Assembly (NCBI GenBank): GCA_963677495.2
Contig: CAXXOU010000001.1
Coordinates: forward strand, 832,001-896,000
Direction: 5' to 3'
From: Candidatus Cloacimonadales bacterium
GTDB taxonomy: Bacteria; Cloacimonadota; Cloacimonadia; Cloacimonadales; JAFGVF01
DNA length: 64,000 nucleotides
Below, piece after piece: positions 39,964-50,320 of the stretch; positions within the stretch are counted from its first letter, which is position 1, and each line of letters opens with the position of its first letter. The translations under genes and the position numbers were made by a program. Under the pieces are notes generated by a model. That model saw only the letters and a program-made list of their open reading frames with translations. It was not told the DNA's origin and made no database searches.

Positions 39964-41220
39964 ATGAAGAAATTATTGATTATTACAGGAATATTAATGT
40001 TGCAATTACTTCTATTTGCAGAGGTAGTTGATCGAATTGTTGCCAAAGTAGGTGATGAAATAGTTCTCTATAGTGAGCTTGTTATGCAAAGAGATCAGAT
40101 GAAAGAGGCTAAAATAATGCCTGATTCATATTCTTTGCAAGACGTTTTGAATGACATGATAGAAGCAAAGCTTATTATTCAAAAAGCTAAACTTTTAGAC
40201 TATGGTGTAGATGAAGAACGAATTAATTCTATGGTAGACCAGAGATTTAAAGAAATTCAAAGACAGTTTGAAAATGAGACAATGTTCAACAAATGGTTGC
40301 GTGAAAACAAATGGACTAAATCTGACATGAAGAAATACTTCTATGATATGTTCAATGAGCAATTTCTTAAAGAACAGATTATCAATAATGAGATTAAAAG
40401 TAAGACAGAAATATCTGACCCGGAATTAGAAGAATATTACGATAACCATAAAGATGAACTTCCAGAAAGACCGGAGATGGTTGAACTTGGGATGATAATG
40501 CGTACAATCTCTGCTAGTGATGAGACAAAAAAGATTAAACTAACAGAGATAAATAAGGTTATGGAACTACTGAATAATGGAGCTGACTTCGCTGAATTAG
40601 CAAAAATTGAAAGTGAAGGTCCAAGTGGAGCCAATGGGGGAGACCTTGGTTTCTTCGGACGTGGTATGATGGTTAAACCTTTTGAAGATGCTGCGTTTGA
40701 TTTACAACCCGGACAGATTAGTGAAGTTGTAGAAACAAGATTTGGATATCATGTGATAAAACTTGAAGAGAAGAAGGATGATGAAGTTTCTTGTCGCCAT
40801 ATCTTAAAAATCATTGAACCATCTCATATTGACTCAGTAGCTACAAAAGAGCTCATGTTTGGATTAGTCGATAAACTTGATTCAGGAGAGAGCTTTGCTG
40901 AATTAGCCAGGACATATAGTGAAGATGATTCCTCGGCTGTAAAAGGTGGATCTATTGGTGAGTACCCTCCTGATCAGTTCCCTGAATTATTTAAAGAGTA
41001 TCTGGAAAGTATTGAAATTGGTGAACACACTAATGTCGTTCAGAATGGAGATATCCTCTATATTTTTTCTAAGCTTAAATCAGTTCCTTCAAGAAAGTAC
41101 AACTATACTGAAATCAAAGATATTCTTAGAAAACAAGCTATGAATGAAAAAATGCAAGATATGTTAGATGAGTTTATAAAAGGTCTGAAAGAAGAGATAT
41201 ACGTGGAAACAAATTTATGA
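39964..41220 (+). CDS. surA: SurA-like periplasmic chaperone/PPIase
   Basis: VDRIVAKV N-domain; two parvulin domains (GGDLGF, ETRFGYHVIK). Confidence 0.85.
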   Translation: MKKLLIITGILMLQLLLFAEVVDRIVAKVGDEIVLYSELVMQRDQMKEAKIMPDSYSLQDVLNDMIEAKLIIQKAKLLDYGVDEERINSMVDQRFKEIQRQFENETMFNKWLRENKWTKSDMKKYFYDMFNEQFLKEQIINNEIKSKTEISDPELEEYYDNHKDELPERPEMVELGMIMRTISASDETKKIKLTEINKVMELLNNGADFAELAKIESEGPSGANGGDLGFFGRGMMVKPFEDAAFDLQPGQISEVVETRFGYHVIKLEEKKDDEVSCRHILKIIEPSHIDSVATKELMFGLVDKLDSGESFAELARTYSEDDSSAVKGGSIGEYPPDQFPELFKEYLESIEIGEHTNVVQNGDILYIFSKLKSVPSRKYNYTEIKDILRKQAMNEKMQDMLDEFIKGLKEEIYVETNL

Positions 41221-41726
41221 AGAGAAAACTAGCTGTATTATTCTCTACTCTTTTTGGGGTAGGCTATATTCCATTTGCACCCGGTACTTTTGGAACAGCT
41301 GTTACTGCGATTGGATACTATCTCTTTATGAGAAGATATTCATTTGAAATTCCTGATTATCTGCTCAATATATATATACTAATAACAGCTGCTATTTTAT
41401 TCATTTTAGGTGTGATTTCATCTTCTGAGGCTGAGAAAAGCCTGGGACATGATAGCGGTAAAATTGTAATAGATGAAGTTGTTGGTTACTTAATTTCGAT
41501 AATCTTCTTACCTTCTGTAGTTGTAGGGAGATTATGGTTAGTAGTTATATACTCATTTGTTTTATTTAGAGTTTTTGATATTGGAAAACCCTGGCCTATA
41601 AGCAAATCACAGTCTTTGAAATCTGGCTGGGGAATAATGATAGATGATGTTATTGCCGGTATTTTTGCTAACATTCTGGCACAGATTATTATTAGAATCT
41701 ATCCAAATTTCTTTGGAATTTATTAA
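41217..41726 (+). CDS. pgpA: Phosphatidylglycerophosphatase A
   Basis: APGTFGT, HDSGKIVIDEVVG, FRVFDI.KP.PI, DDVIAG. Confidence 0.93.
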   Translation: MKRKLAVLFSTLFGVGYIPFAPGTFGTAVTAIGYYLFMRRYSFEIPDYLLNIYILITAAILFILGVISSSEAEKSLGHDSGKIVIDEVVGYLISIIFLPSVVVGRLWLVVIYSFVLFRVFDIGKPWPISKSQSLKSGWGIMIDDVIAGIFANILAQIIIRIYPNFFGIY

Positions 41727-41739
41727 TTAAGGAGTTATA

Positions 41740-42072
41740 ATGGAACTTATATTATTACAGGCAGCGCAAGCTACTCCAGCAGCCGGAGCACAAAACCCAA
41801 TTATGGGTTTCTTACCTTTTATCTTAATGATTGTTGTTTTTTACTTCCTGCTAATCAGACCTCAGCAGAAAAAACAAAAAGAGCATCAAAAGTTAATTGA
41901 TGGAGTTCAAGTGCATGATAAAGTTATCATTTCAGGTGGAATTTATGCTAAAGTAATGACTATCAAAAATGATAAAGGTACTATAGTTGTGGAAATTGAT
42001 GAGACTAATAAAACCAAAATGGAAGTACAAAAGTCATCAATAGTTACTGTTTTACCTAAAAACGAATCATAA
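41740..42072 (+). CDS. yajC: Preprotein translocase subunit YajC
   Basis: FYFLLIRPQQKKQKEH. Confidence 0.95.
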   Translation: MELILLQAAQATPAAGAQNPIMGFLPFILMIVVFYFLLIRPQQKKQKEHQKLIDGVQVHDKVIISGGIYAKVMTIKNDKGTIVVEIDETNKTKMEVQKSSIVTVLPKNES

Positions 42073-42081
42073 GGTGATGTA

Positions 42082-42630
42082 ATGGCTAAAGCTAATCTTT
42101 TACCAATAAGAATTATTGGTGATGATGTTTTAAAACAAGTTGCAAAGCCTATTGTGAGCTTTGACGATGATTTAAATGATTTCATTCGTGACTTGATTTA
42201 TACAATGTATGAGCGTGATGGGGTTGGATTAGCTGCACCTCAAGTCGGTAGATCTCTTAGAATGTTTGCAATGGATCCTTTCTGGGCAGATGGAGAATCT
42301 AAGAAAAATCCTATTGTTATGATCAATCCTGAGATAATACATAAGTCTGGTGAGCAGGTTTGCGAAGAAGGATGTATCAGTGTTCCAGATATTTTCGATA
42401 AAGTTGATAGATATCAGAAAATCATTGTTCACTTTTTAAATGAAGATGGGGAAGAGATGGAGTTGGAAGCTGAAGACTTTATTGCTGATGTTATTCAACA
42501 TGAATATGACCATCTTGATGGTATTCTCTTCACTGACAGACTTACAAAGATTAAACGATTGCCCCATATTCCAAAAATTAGAAGATTAAAGGCTTCAACG
42601 AATGAAAATGGAGAAAACATTAAGTTCTAA
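42082..42630 (+). CDS. def: Peptide deformylase
   Basis: GVGLAAPQVG, EGCISVP, QHEYDHLDG. Confidence 0.97.
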   Translation: MAKANLLPIRIIGDDVLKQVAKPIVSFDDDLNDFIRDLIYTMYERDGVGLAAPQVGRSLRMFAMDPFWADGESKKNPIVMINPEIIHKSGEQVCEEGCISVPDIFDKVDRYQKIIVHFLNEDGEEMELEAEDFIADVIQHEYDHLDGILFTDRLTKIKRLPHIPKIRRLKASTNENGENIKF

Positions 42631-43573
42631 CAAAATAGAACGATTGATTTTTATGGGTACGTCTGATTTTGCCGTACCCGTTTTTTACAAACTAGTTAAT
42701 TCAGATTATAAACCAGTGTTACTTGTAACTCAACCTGAACGTAGATCAGGTAGAAGAAAAAATAAGAAACCTGAGCTTATAAAGCTAGCTGAAGAATACT
42801 CTGTGCCAATTTATCAACCTGATGATATTAACTCTGATGAAGCAATTATTTATCTTGCATCACTTAATGCAGATGTTATGATTACAGCTAGTTATGGTGC
42901 AATACTCAAGAAGAGAGTTAGGCTCTTAACTCATTTTGGATGCTATAATATTCATCCATCATTGCTCCCGCTTTATCGAGGAGCTACACCAGTAAACTTC
43001 CCTCTCTTCAATGGAGATTCAGTTACCGGCGTTACTATTTTCTTAATGAAAGCTAAAATGGATACCGGACCAATACTTATACAAGAAGAGTATAAGATTT
43101 CTGATGATGGTTGTTATACTGTTTTACAGAATAATCTATCAGAGTTTAGTGGTAAGTTATTAATTAAAGCTCTCAAAATGTTAGAAGAAGGTTCTTTTAA
43201 ACTTGTTACACAAGATCATGAAATAGCTACTTACACTAGAAAGATTGCTAAAGATGACTTACCAATTAACTGGAACGATGATGCTCAAAACATAGTTAAT
43301 AAGATTAAAGGGTTAGCCATTCTACCTGGAGCAAAGTCTAAGATAAAAGGTAAAGATATTAAGATAGTTTCAGCTAGAATCGGTCAAAGCTCCAATAATT
43401 CAAATCCCGGAGAAATAGTGGATATTATAAAGAAAGTTGGCTTTGAAGTTGTGGCTGGTAACAAACAGACAGTTATTATTACACAAGTTCAACCAGCCGG
43501 TAAAAAAGTTATGAACTGTTTTGATTATAATCTTGGTGCAAGATTAAGTGTAGGTGATTCCTTTGAAGAATAG
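42602..43573 (+). CDS. fmt: Methionyl-tRNA formyltransferase
   Basis: FMGTSDFA, NIHPSLLPLYRGATP, MDTG; follows def. Confidence 0.96.
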   Translation: MKMEKTLSSNKIERLIFMGTSDFAVPVFYKLVNSDYKPVLLVTQPERRSGRRKNKKPELIKLAEEYSVPIYQPDDINSDEAIIYLASLNADVMITASYGAILKKRVRLLTHFGCYNIHPSLLPLYRGATPVNFPLFNGDSVTGVTIFLMKAKMDTGPILIQEEYKISDDGCYTVLQNNLSEFSGKLLIKALKMLEEGSFKLVTQDHEIATYTRKIAKDDLPINWNDDAQNIVNKIKGLAILPGAKSKIKGKDIKIVSARIGQSSNNSNPGEIVDIIKKVGFEVVAGNKQTVIITQVQPAGKKVMNCFDYNLGARLSVGDSFEE

Positions 43574-44252
43574 ATTCATTAGCTATTCTCTGATAGTTGA
43601 TGTTGCTTTCATCCTGTTTTCTTACCTGTTTTTACTACTTTCATCACTAATTTATCCTGGGATAATAGCTTTAATTCTTGTTATTATAGTGAATCTTATA
43701 AACCTGATATCTGATTATACTTATAACAAATATTTAGTTGTATTTAGCAGATATTCACTAATGTTTTATTTCGATGTCTTAAGGTTCTTTACTCAACTTA
43801 GACTTCTAAACAAACAGAAGCTACGAAGAGCATTTATTGAAAGGAACAATGATCTTGTTGCCAGTCTTAAAAAACATTCACCTGATCAAGTAGTAATAAT
43901 ACTTCCTCATTGTTTGCAAGTAACTGATTGCAATATTCGTATTACTACAGATATAAGTAACTGTAAAATGTGTGGAAAGTGTTCAATAGGTGAGATTAGA
44001 AGAGTAACAGAAGAGTTTAGTATTAATCCATTTGTTGTTACTGGTGGAACATTAGCTAAAAGATTAGTCGCAGATCTTAAGCCGGAACTGGTTATTGCAG
44101 TAGCTTGTGAAAGAGATCTTGTTGAAGGTGTAAAAGAGGTATTCCCGTTCGAGGTTTATTGTATTATTAATATCAGACCTGAAGGTCCCTGTATTAATAC
44201 TACATTAAATGTTGATGAACTTAGAACTGCTATTTCAAAGCTTATAAAATAG
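43554..44252 (+). CDS. DUF116 family membrane-anchored protein
   Basis: LPHCL, CKMCGKC, GGTLA, AVACERDL, GPCINT. Confidence 0.8.
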   Translation: MIPLKNRFISYSLIVDVAFILFSYLFLLLSSLIYPGIIALILVIIVNLINLISDYTYNKYLVVFSRYSLMFYFDVLRFFTQLRLLNKQKLRRAFIERNNDLVASLKKHSPDQVVIILPHCLQVTDCNIRITTDISNCKMCGKCSIGEIRRVTEEFSINPFVVTGGTLAKRLVADLKPELVIAVACERDLVEGVKEVFPFEVYCIINIRPEGPCINTTLNVDELRTAISKLIK

Positions 44253-44344
44253 TGTTTCTATCGATAATTTTGTGATTCTTATATAAATTCATTACTTTAG
44301 AATATAATAGAGTTTAAACATGCTTTTTGAACCTTGGAGGAGAA

Positions 44345-45454
44345 ATGAAAAGTAGATTTGTATTAACAGTTTTTGCTATTTTTATTGTGTTTAACCTTTT
44401 CTCAACTCAGATGTTTTTTGATTTAGATGAAAAATCTGAAGAGATGACTTCACTTAGCATCCAAAGAAACAATGCTGTTACTCATGCTGTACAGAAAATT
44501 GAGCCTGCAGTTGTTAGTGTTAATGTTATAAAAACTGAAATAGTCAGAAAAAGAAATCCTTTTGCAAATCCATTCTTTGATGCATATCCATTTTTTAAAA
44601 CAGCCAGACAAGTAAAAAGTATAGGTTCAGGTGTTGTGATTAATCCTGATGGCTACATTATAACTAATGCACATGTGGTTGAAGGTGCTACTCAAATTAA
44701 AGTTACAACTCATAAAAGTGAAATCTACGAAAGTGAGATTATTGGAATTGATTCCGAACATGATATTGCAGTACTAAAAATAGATGGCAAAGATCTTGAT
44801 TATGCCTATTGTGGTGATTCTGCAGACTTAATTATTGGGGAGTGGGTAGTAGCTGTAGGCAATCCTTATGGCTTCTTAATGCCTGATTCAAAACCAAGTG
44901 TATCTGTTGGTGTTGTTTCTGCTGCCAATAGAAACTTCGGTGGTAGGAATGATCAAAAAGTCTATAAAGGAATGATCCAAACTGATGCTGCTATTAATCC
45001 TGGTAATAGTGGTGGACCTCTCGTAAACGTGTATGGTGAAATTATTGGTATTAATAGCTTTATCTTCTCCGAATCCGGTGGAAGTGTCGGGATCGGTTTT
45101 GCTATTCCAATCAATCGTGTAAAAAGGATTGTGAATGAGCTTGTTGATCATGGTAGAATCAGGCAAGTTAATTATGGGTTCAGAGTACAAGATATGAGCA
45201 AATCAATAGCTCAATATTTAAATATAGATGATATGCAAGGTGTTCTTGTATATGAAATTGATAGAAAAGGTCCTGCTGCAAAAGTAGGGTTACAGCTTAA
45301 AGATATTGTTGTTAGAATTAATCAAACCCCGATCTATAGCACTGAAGACATTGACCTTGCCATTACAGATATTTTTGTTGATGATCTTATAGAACTGGAA
45401 ATAGTCAGAGGTGGTAAGAAGAAGACCATTCTCATGAAGGCAAAATCTAAATAA
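44345..45454 (+). CDS. HtrA/DegP-family serine protease with one PDZ domain
   Basis: GSGV, TNAHVV, DIAVLK, QTDAAINPGNSGGPL; start placed after GGAGGAG. Confidence 0.93.
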   Translation: MKSRFVLTVFAIFIVFNLFSTQMFFDLDEKSEEMTSLSIQRNNAVTHAVQKIEPAVVSVNVIKTEIVRKRNPFANPFFDAYPFFKTARQVKSIGSGVVINPDGYIITNAHVVEGATQIKVTTHKSEIYESEIIGIDSEHDIAVLKIDGKDLDYAYCGDSADLIIGEWVVAVGNPYGFLMPDSKPSVSVGVVSAANRNFGGRNDQKVYKGMIQTDAAINPGNSGGPLVNVYGEIIGINSFIFSESGGSVGIGFAIPINRVKRIVNELVDHGRIRQVNYGFRVQDMSKSIAQYLNIDDMQGVLVYEIDRKGPAAKVGLQLKDIVVRINQTPIYSTEDIDLAITDIFVDDLIELEIVRGGKKKTILMKAKSK

Positions 45455-45640
45455 TAAACTAATGTTTCATTGAATTAACTCTAACCATTTAAGAAGATCA
45501 TCGCTTAGATGACTTATAGGTTTCCCTTGGGTCTCCCTTGCGATGCAAGAGTAACCCAAGAGTAAGGCATGGGAGAACTAAGAGATAATTTTGCTTTCAT
45601 ATTAGTTTTAACTCTAATCAAAAGCTTTATGTTCTCTCAA

Positions 45641-45776
45641 TGCTCTATCATAATAATTCATTAAAACAGATATTTATCTGCTCAGTTTCCGGAAACTCTC
45701 TTATGATTTTGCCCAGGAGAGGCCAAGAGACTCTTTAGAATCTGCCTCTCAAATCATGGGTATTATGATGGGGGCA
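45641..45776 (-). repeat. 136-bp element with terminal inverted repeats, copy 3
   Basis: TGCTCTATCATAATA...TATTATGATGGGGGCA; reverse complement aligns with 24141-24276. Confidence 0.75.
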
Positions 45777-46042
45777 TGATAGGTAATTGGAATTGTATAT
45801 ATATTCAACAATAACAAATCCAATACAAGTGACTATTCTTCCAATAGCCTTTCAGTATCTATACTGTAGGTTTTCAATGGGTATACAACGCGTTGCATTG
45901 GTTGGCCGTTGGTGGACTATTGGTGGTGCGTTGCTTAGCCGTAGGTAGATGAATGAATTCAGTTTCATTTCAAATAGACTATTAGTGATTTATTCTTGAT
46001 TTTGAATAGCTGAAGAGCATTATTTATGGGAAACAGATTAAA

Positions 46043-46720
46043 CTATAGTAGGTTATCTCCGGCAAAGCTGAAGTAATTGTCGTTTGTTATAATAAAATGA
46101 TCAAGCACTCTGATATTGAAGTATGAAGCCGCTTTCTTGATTTTAGCAGTAATATCAATATCAGATTGAGATGGTTTTAGTGAACCACCCGGATGATTAT
46201 GAACCAAAATAAGCCCGGAAGCACCATTATTTAGGGCTTCTCTTATAATATTACTAACGTACACTTTAGCCTCATTTACTGAGCCTTTAGATACTGCTTT
46301 TAGTTTTATAACTGAATTTGAGTTATTGAGATATATTACAACAAATTCTTCATTAATCTTACCTTTAAGATTAAGATTTAGATAATCTATAACTTGTGAA
46401 ATAGATGTTAAAGCATCAGTTTTTGGAATCTTCTCATAGTTTAAGTAGTTAGCAATATCTTTGTGAATCTTCAATTGGATAGCACTTTTTTCACCAATAC
46501 CGGGTACATTACATAACTCTTTTACAGTAGCGTTCATAACTCCATTAACTGAGCCGAATATATCAATTAGTTCTTTAGCTAAGGGATTATTATTAGAGCG
46601 TGGAATAGCAGAATCAAGAATCATCTCAAGGATTTCATGGGGGAGAAAACCATCTATGCCGGATAAAAGATAACGGTCACGTAATCTCTTACGGTGACCG
46701 TTATAACTTTTCTTATCCAT
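46043..46720 (-). CDS. radC: RadC/JAB domain protein
   Basis: GHRKRLR, HhH motif VPGIG, HNHPGG...PSQSD, LDH. Confidence 0.92.
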   Translation of the reverse strand: MDKKSYNGHRKRLRDRYLLSGIDGFLPHEILEMILDSAIPRSNNNPLAKELIDIFGSVNGVMNATVKELCNVPGIGEKSAIQLKIHKDIANYLNYEKIPKTDALTSISQVIDYLNLNLKGKINEEFVVIYLNNSNSVIKLKAVSKGSVNEAKVYVSNIIREALNNGASGLILVHNHPGGSLKPSQSDIDITAKIKKAASYFNIRVLDHFIITNDNYFSFAGDNLL

Positions 46721-46725
46721 AAAGA

Positions 46726-46741
46726 TGTTCCACGTGGAACA
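46726..46741. promoter_or_regulatory. parS: parS centromere site
   Basis: Perfect palindrome TGTTCCACGTGGAACA. Confidence 0.9.
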
Positions 46742-47191
46742 CTATTGTGATTGTTTAATTCTGAAGTCTTTCAGCTTTTCAGCAACTTGTTCGTCAAAGA
46801 GTGCAATAATTTCAGCAGCTAAAATAACTGCGTTTTTAGTGCCATTAATTGCTACAGTTGCGACTGGGATGCCTGTTGGCATCTGAACTATACTGTATAA
46901 AGCATCTTCACCTGAAAGGGTAGCACCTTTTAGAGGAACACCAATAACAGGAAGATGTGTATATGCAGCTACAACTCCAGGAAGATGAGCAGCCATACCG
47001 GCACCAGCGATTATTACGCTTACACCATCTCCTGGTGCATCTTCAACTAGTTTCTTGGTTTTTGCTGGATTTCTATGTGCCGATGATACATGAAAATCAT
47101 GCTCTAAACCAAACTTCTCAAAGTACTCAACCATAGGTTCATAATGTTTTATATCTGATTTACTCCCAAATAATACTCTTACTTTACTCAT
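46742..47191 (-). CDS. purE: N5-CAIR mutase
   Basis: GSKSD, SAHR, AGMAAHLPG, QMPTGIPVATV. Confidence 0.96.
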   Translation of the reverse strand: MSKVRVLFGSKSDIKHYEPMVEYFEKFGLEHDFHVSSAHRNPAKTKKLVEDAPGDGVSVIIAGAGMAAHLPGVVAAYTHLPVIGVPLKGATLSGEDALYSIVQMPTGIPVATVAINGTKNAVILAAEIIALFDEQVAEKLKDFRIKQSQ

Positions 47192-47202
47192 TTTTATTAC
47201 CT

Positions 47203-47868
47203 CTATTTGTAATCAACACTCGTTAAGACTTTATGTATCTCTTCAACGGTTGATGCATTATTAATAGTTTCTAAATTTTTCGCATTCATCATCATTTTTG
47301 AAAGGTATGAAAGAGAGAATAGATGTTGTTTATCATTATGTAATAGTAACATAAAGAATAGATTTACAGGTTTACCATCTTGTGCATCAAATTCAACACC
47401 CTCTACAGAACGACCAAGTAATATTGAAGGAGTCTTAATTTTACTTGGATGTAAATGTCTTGGGTGTAACAAAGCAACGCCGTTTCCAACAGCTGTTGAA
47501 ACTAATTCCTCTCTAGCAACAACGACTTCATAAAGCCATCTTGCATCTTTAACTATCTTATTCGCTTTAGCTTTCTCAGACATCATTCTGATTGCTTCAT
47601 ACTTGTTGTCAGGTGCCAAATCAAGGAATATCAACTCAGCATTAAAGTATTCCTCAAAACGACAAATCGTTTTCTTTAAAGCAAGTTGTTCCTCTTCAGA
47701 TTCAGAAAGATTAGATAACCACTCTTCGATAGAAGCTCTATGAATCCTTAGGTCTTTACCTTTCTTTTCAATCTCAAACAGGTTATCTTCAATCATTTCT
47801 AAAACGATTTTTTCGCTCAATTTCAGGAACTTCGCTGTTTCTCTAATCGTTAGAAGTTTTTTTACCAT
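47203..47868 (-). CDS. Excisionase-type HTH fused to PTS EIIA (Fru/Ntr) domain
   Basis: LLTIRETAKFL N-terminus; REELVSTAVGNGVALLH. Confidence 0.85.
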   Translation of the reverse strand: MVKKLLTIRETAKFLKLSEKIVLEMIEDNLFEIEKKGKDLRIHRASIEEWLSNLSESEEEQLALKKTICRFEEYFNAELIFLDLAPDNKYEAIRMMSEKAKANKIVKDARWLYEVVVAREELVSTAVGNGVALLHPRHLHPSKIKTPSILLGRSVEGVEFDAQDGKPVNLFFMLLLHNDKQHLFSLSYLSKMMMNAKNLETINNASTVEEIHKVLTSVDYK

Positions 47869-47982
47869 GTCTTCTCCATCCCGTTTATTCATTTTTTGTT
47901 TAAATTCATAATATTACAAGTAAATTTTTACTGATAACTAAAATCTTGACAAGAAAAATCAGCAAAAATATCTAAAATTGTT

Positions 47983-48498
47983 ATGAAATATATTAAACTA
48001 TGCTATTTGTTACTGTTAACTATTACATTGATCGGGTGCACATATTCTGTGTTTTCCAACCAACTTCCACATCTAAAAAATGTGTATATTGAACCAATAA
48101 TAAATAAAACCGAAGAAGTTGATATAGAAACTGAAATGTTTAATGCTATTAGTGATAAGTATATTGAGGATGGAAGGTTAAGTATTGTTTCCCAACAACC
48201 TGACTGTATTATTGTTTGTGAAATATTATCATACCAAGATAAGATTTACACTTATGATGAATCCAATAACGTTAAAGAATATCAGGTAAAGATGGTATTC
48301 AGCGTTTCATTCACTGATATTGATAATGAACTTGTTATTTTTGAAAACAAGAGTTTGATTAAAACAGAGAAATATCCTGCAGATGTTTCTGATCCGGATT
48401 ATACAGACTCAGATATTCTCTCTGAAGAAGATGCTAGAAACGAGATTTATCAAGAAGTTTTTAATACAATAATGACCAACACGCTTGAGGCTTGGTAA
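47983..48498 (+). CDS. LptE-like lipoprotein
   Basis: Lipobox LIGC followed by Y; LPHLKNVYI pattern; size. Confidence 0.65.
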   Translation: MKYIKLCYLLLLTITLIGCTYSVFSNQLPHLKNVYIEPIINKTEEVDIETEMFNAISDKYIEDGRLSIVSQQPDCIIVCEILSYQDKIYTYDESNNVKEYQVKMVFSVSFTDIDNELVIFENKSLIKTEKYPADVSDPDYTDSDILSEEDARNEIYQEVFNTIMTNTLEAW

Positions 48499-49247
48499 TG
48501 AACGAAAAAATGATAAGAATTAATAAATTTCTTGCTAAATGTGGTTTAGGATCTAGAAGAAAGGTTGAAGAATTTGTTACTAATGGTGAAGTAACTGTCA
48601 ATGGAAACACTATTTACGACCTTTCATTTAAAGTAGATCCAGTTCAAGATATTGTTAAATACAAAGGGAAGCTTGTTAAAGCTAGTAATGATGTTGTCTA
48701 TATAATGCTTAACAAACCACCAAACTATGTTGTCACTAAAAGCGATGAATTTAATAGAAAAACCGTATATGATCTTTTGCCGGAAGAAGCTAGATTGTTG
48801 AATCCCATTGGTAGACTTGACAAAGATTCAGAAGGATTATTATTATTGACTAATGATGGAGAGTTTTCTAATAATATAATTCATCCAAGGTATAAATTAC
48901 CAAAAGCTTATCTTGTAAAAGTTAAGGGATCTATTAATGATGAGAAAGTTAACAGACTCAGAAGTGGAATTATAATCGAAGATAAGATTACGAATCCTGC
49001 TAAAGTTTTTTTGCTTGAGAAAACCGATTCTGATGCATATCTCAAAATAATTATCAATGAAGGTCGTAAGAGACAGATAAGACTCATGTTAAAAGCTGTT
49101 GAGTGTGAAGTTACTGAGTTGAAAAGAACCCAGATTGGTGAAGTTTCATTAGGTAATCTTCCAAGAGGGATGTGGAGATATTTGTTACCAAAAGAGGTTT
49201 TATCACTTATAACTATGAGCCGTAATAAGAGTAGGAGAAATAAATGA
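48498..49247 (+). CDS. rluB: rRNA pseudouridine synthase, RluB/RsuA family
   Basis: S4 domain, NKP, GRLDKDSEGLLLLTNDG, EGRKRQIR. Confidence 0.9.
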   Translation: MNEKMIRINKFLAKCGLGSRRKVEEFVTNGEVTVNGNTIYDLSFKVDPVQDIVKYKGKLVKASNDVVYIMLNKPPNYVVTKSDEFNRKTVYDLLPEEARLLNPIGRLDKDSEGLLLLTNDGEFSNNIIHPRYKLPKAYLVKVKGSINDEKVNRLRSGIIIEDKITNPAKVFLLEKTDSDAYLKIIINEGRKRQIRLMLKAVECEVTELKRTQIGEVSLGNLPRGMWRYLLPKEVLSLITMSRNKSRRNK

Positions 49248-50320
49248 AAATAGGTATTATTGGATTACCTAAATCAGGTAAAACAACGATTTTTAATGCA
49301 CTTACCGGATTAGATATCGATACTAGTAGCTTTGGAGGAAATACTGATGTTAACCAAGGTGTGGTTGAAGTATTTGATCCAAGAATCAAAGAGATGTCTG
49401 ATGCATATAAGCCTAAAAAGACTATATATGCCAATATAGAGTATGTAGATTATCCGGGTATGGAAGAGGGTGCCGGTAGTGCTGATTTAATGAAAGGTGC
49501 TGTAGGTGGCTTAATTAAAAATTCAGATGCATTTGCTATTATTTTACGAAACTTTAATGATGATATTGTAAATAGCATGCAGGGAGAAATAAACCCGCAA
49601 AGTGACCTTTTATCAATAGATTCTGAGTTGGTTATTAATGATTTGATTATTATTGAAAAAAGACTTGAAAAGATTGAACTTGGGTATAAAAGAGGTATTA
49701 AAGATAATGCGATACAGCTTGAGGAAAAAATACTTCGTAAACTTGTTGATAAACTCAATGAAGAGATTCCTTTACGTGATGTTGAACTCACTGATGATGA
49801 GCTTAAAACAATACGAGGTTTTCAGTTCTTAAGTCTAAAGCCAATCATGGTTATTATAAACTCGGATGATAATAATTTCGGTCAGAATCAGGAGCTAATA
49901 AATAAGCTTTCTGAAAACTATAAAGTTATTGAGTTTGCCGGTAAGTTCGAGTGTGAGCTTAAAGATCTAGATGAAGAAGACGCAGCTATATTTATGGAAG
50001 ATATGGGTATAACTGAATCAGCAAGAGAGCTTTTAACACAGATTTCTTATGAATTATTAGGTTATATAAGCTTCTTCACAGTTGGCTCAGACGAAGTACG
50101 AGCATGGACAATAGAAGATGGAACAAATGCAGTAGATGCTGCAGGTAAAATACATAGTGATTTAGCTAGAGGATTTATCCGAGCTGAATGCTTTAATTAT
50201 AAAGATTGGAAAGAGTTAGGATCTGAAAGAGCTATTAGAGAAAAAGGCTTATTCAGACTAGAAGGTAAAACATACATTGTTTTAGATGGAGATGTACTAA
50301 ATATAAGGTTTAACGTATAA
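49244..50320 (+). CDS. ychF: Obg-family ATPase YchF
   Basis: GIIGLPKSGKT, EVRAWT, AGKIHSDL.RGFIRAE, EGKTY.V.DGD. Confidence 0.93.
   Translation: MKIGIIGLPKSGKTTIFNALTGLDIDTSSFGGNTDVNQGVVEVFDPRIKEMSDAYKPKKTIYANIEYVDYPGMEEGAGSADLMKGAVGGLIKNSDAFAIILRNFNDDIVNSMQGEINPQSDLLSIDSELVINDLIIIEKRLEKIELGYKRGIKDNAIQLEEKILRKLVDKLNEEIPLRDVELTDDELKTIRGFQFLSLKPIMVIINSDDNNFGQNQELINKLSENYKVIEFAGKFECELKDLDEEDAAIFMEDMGITESARELLTQISYELLGYISFFTVGSDEVRAWTIEDGTNAVDAAGKIHSDLARGFIRAECFNYKDWKELGSERAIREKGLFRLEGKTYIVLDGDVLNIRFNV

Noticed and set aside
46043..47892. Prophage or integrative element suggested by radC and an excisionase-like HTH
   Set aside because: radC is the full-length chromosomal type next to purE, the HTH is fused to PTS EIIA, and no integrase or att sites are seen.
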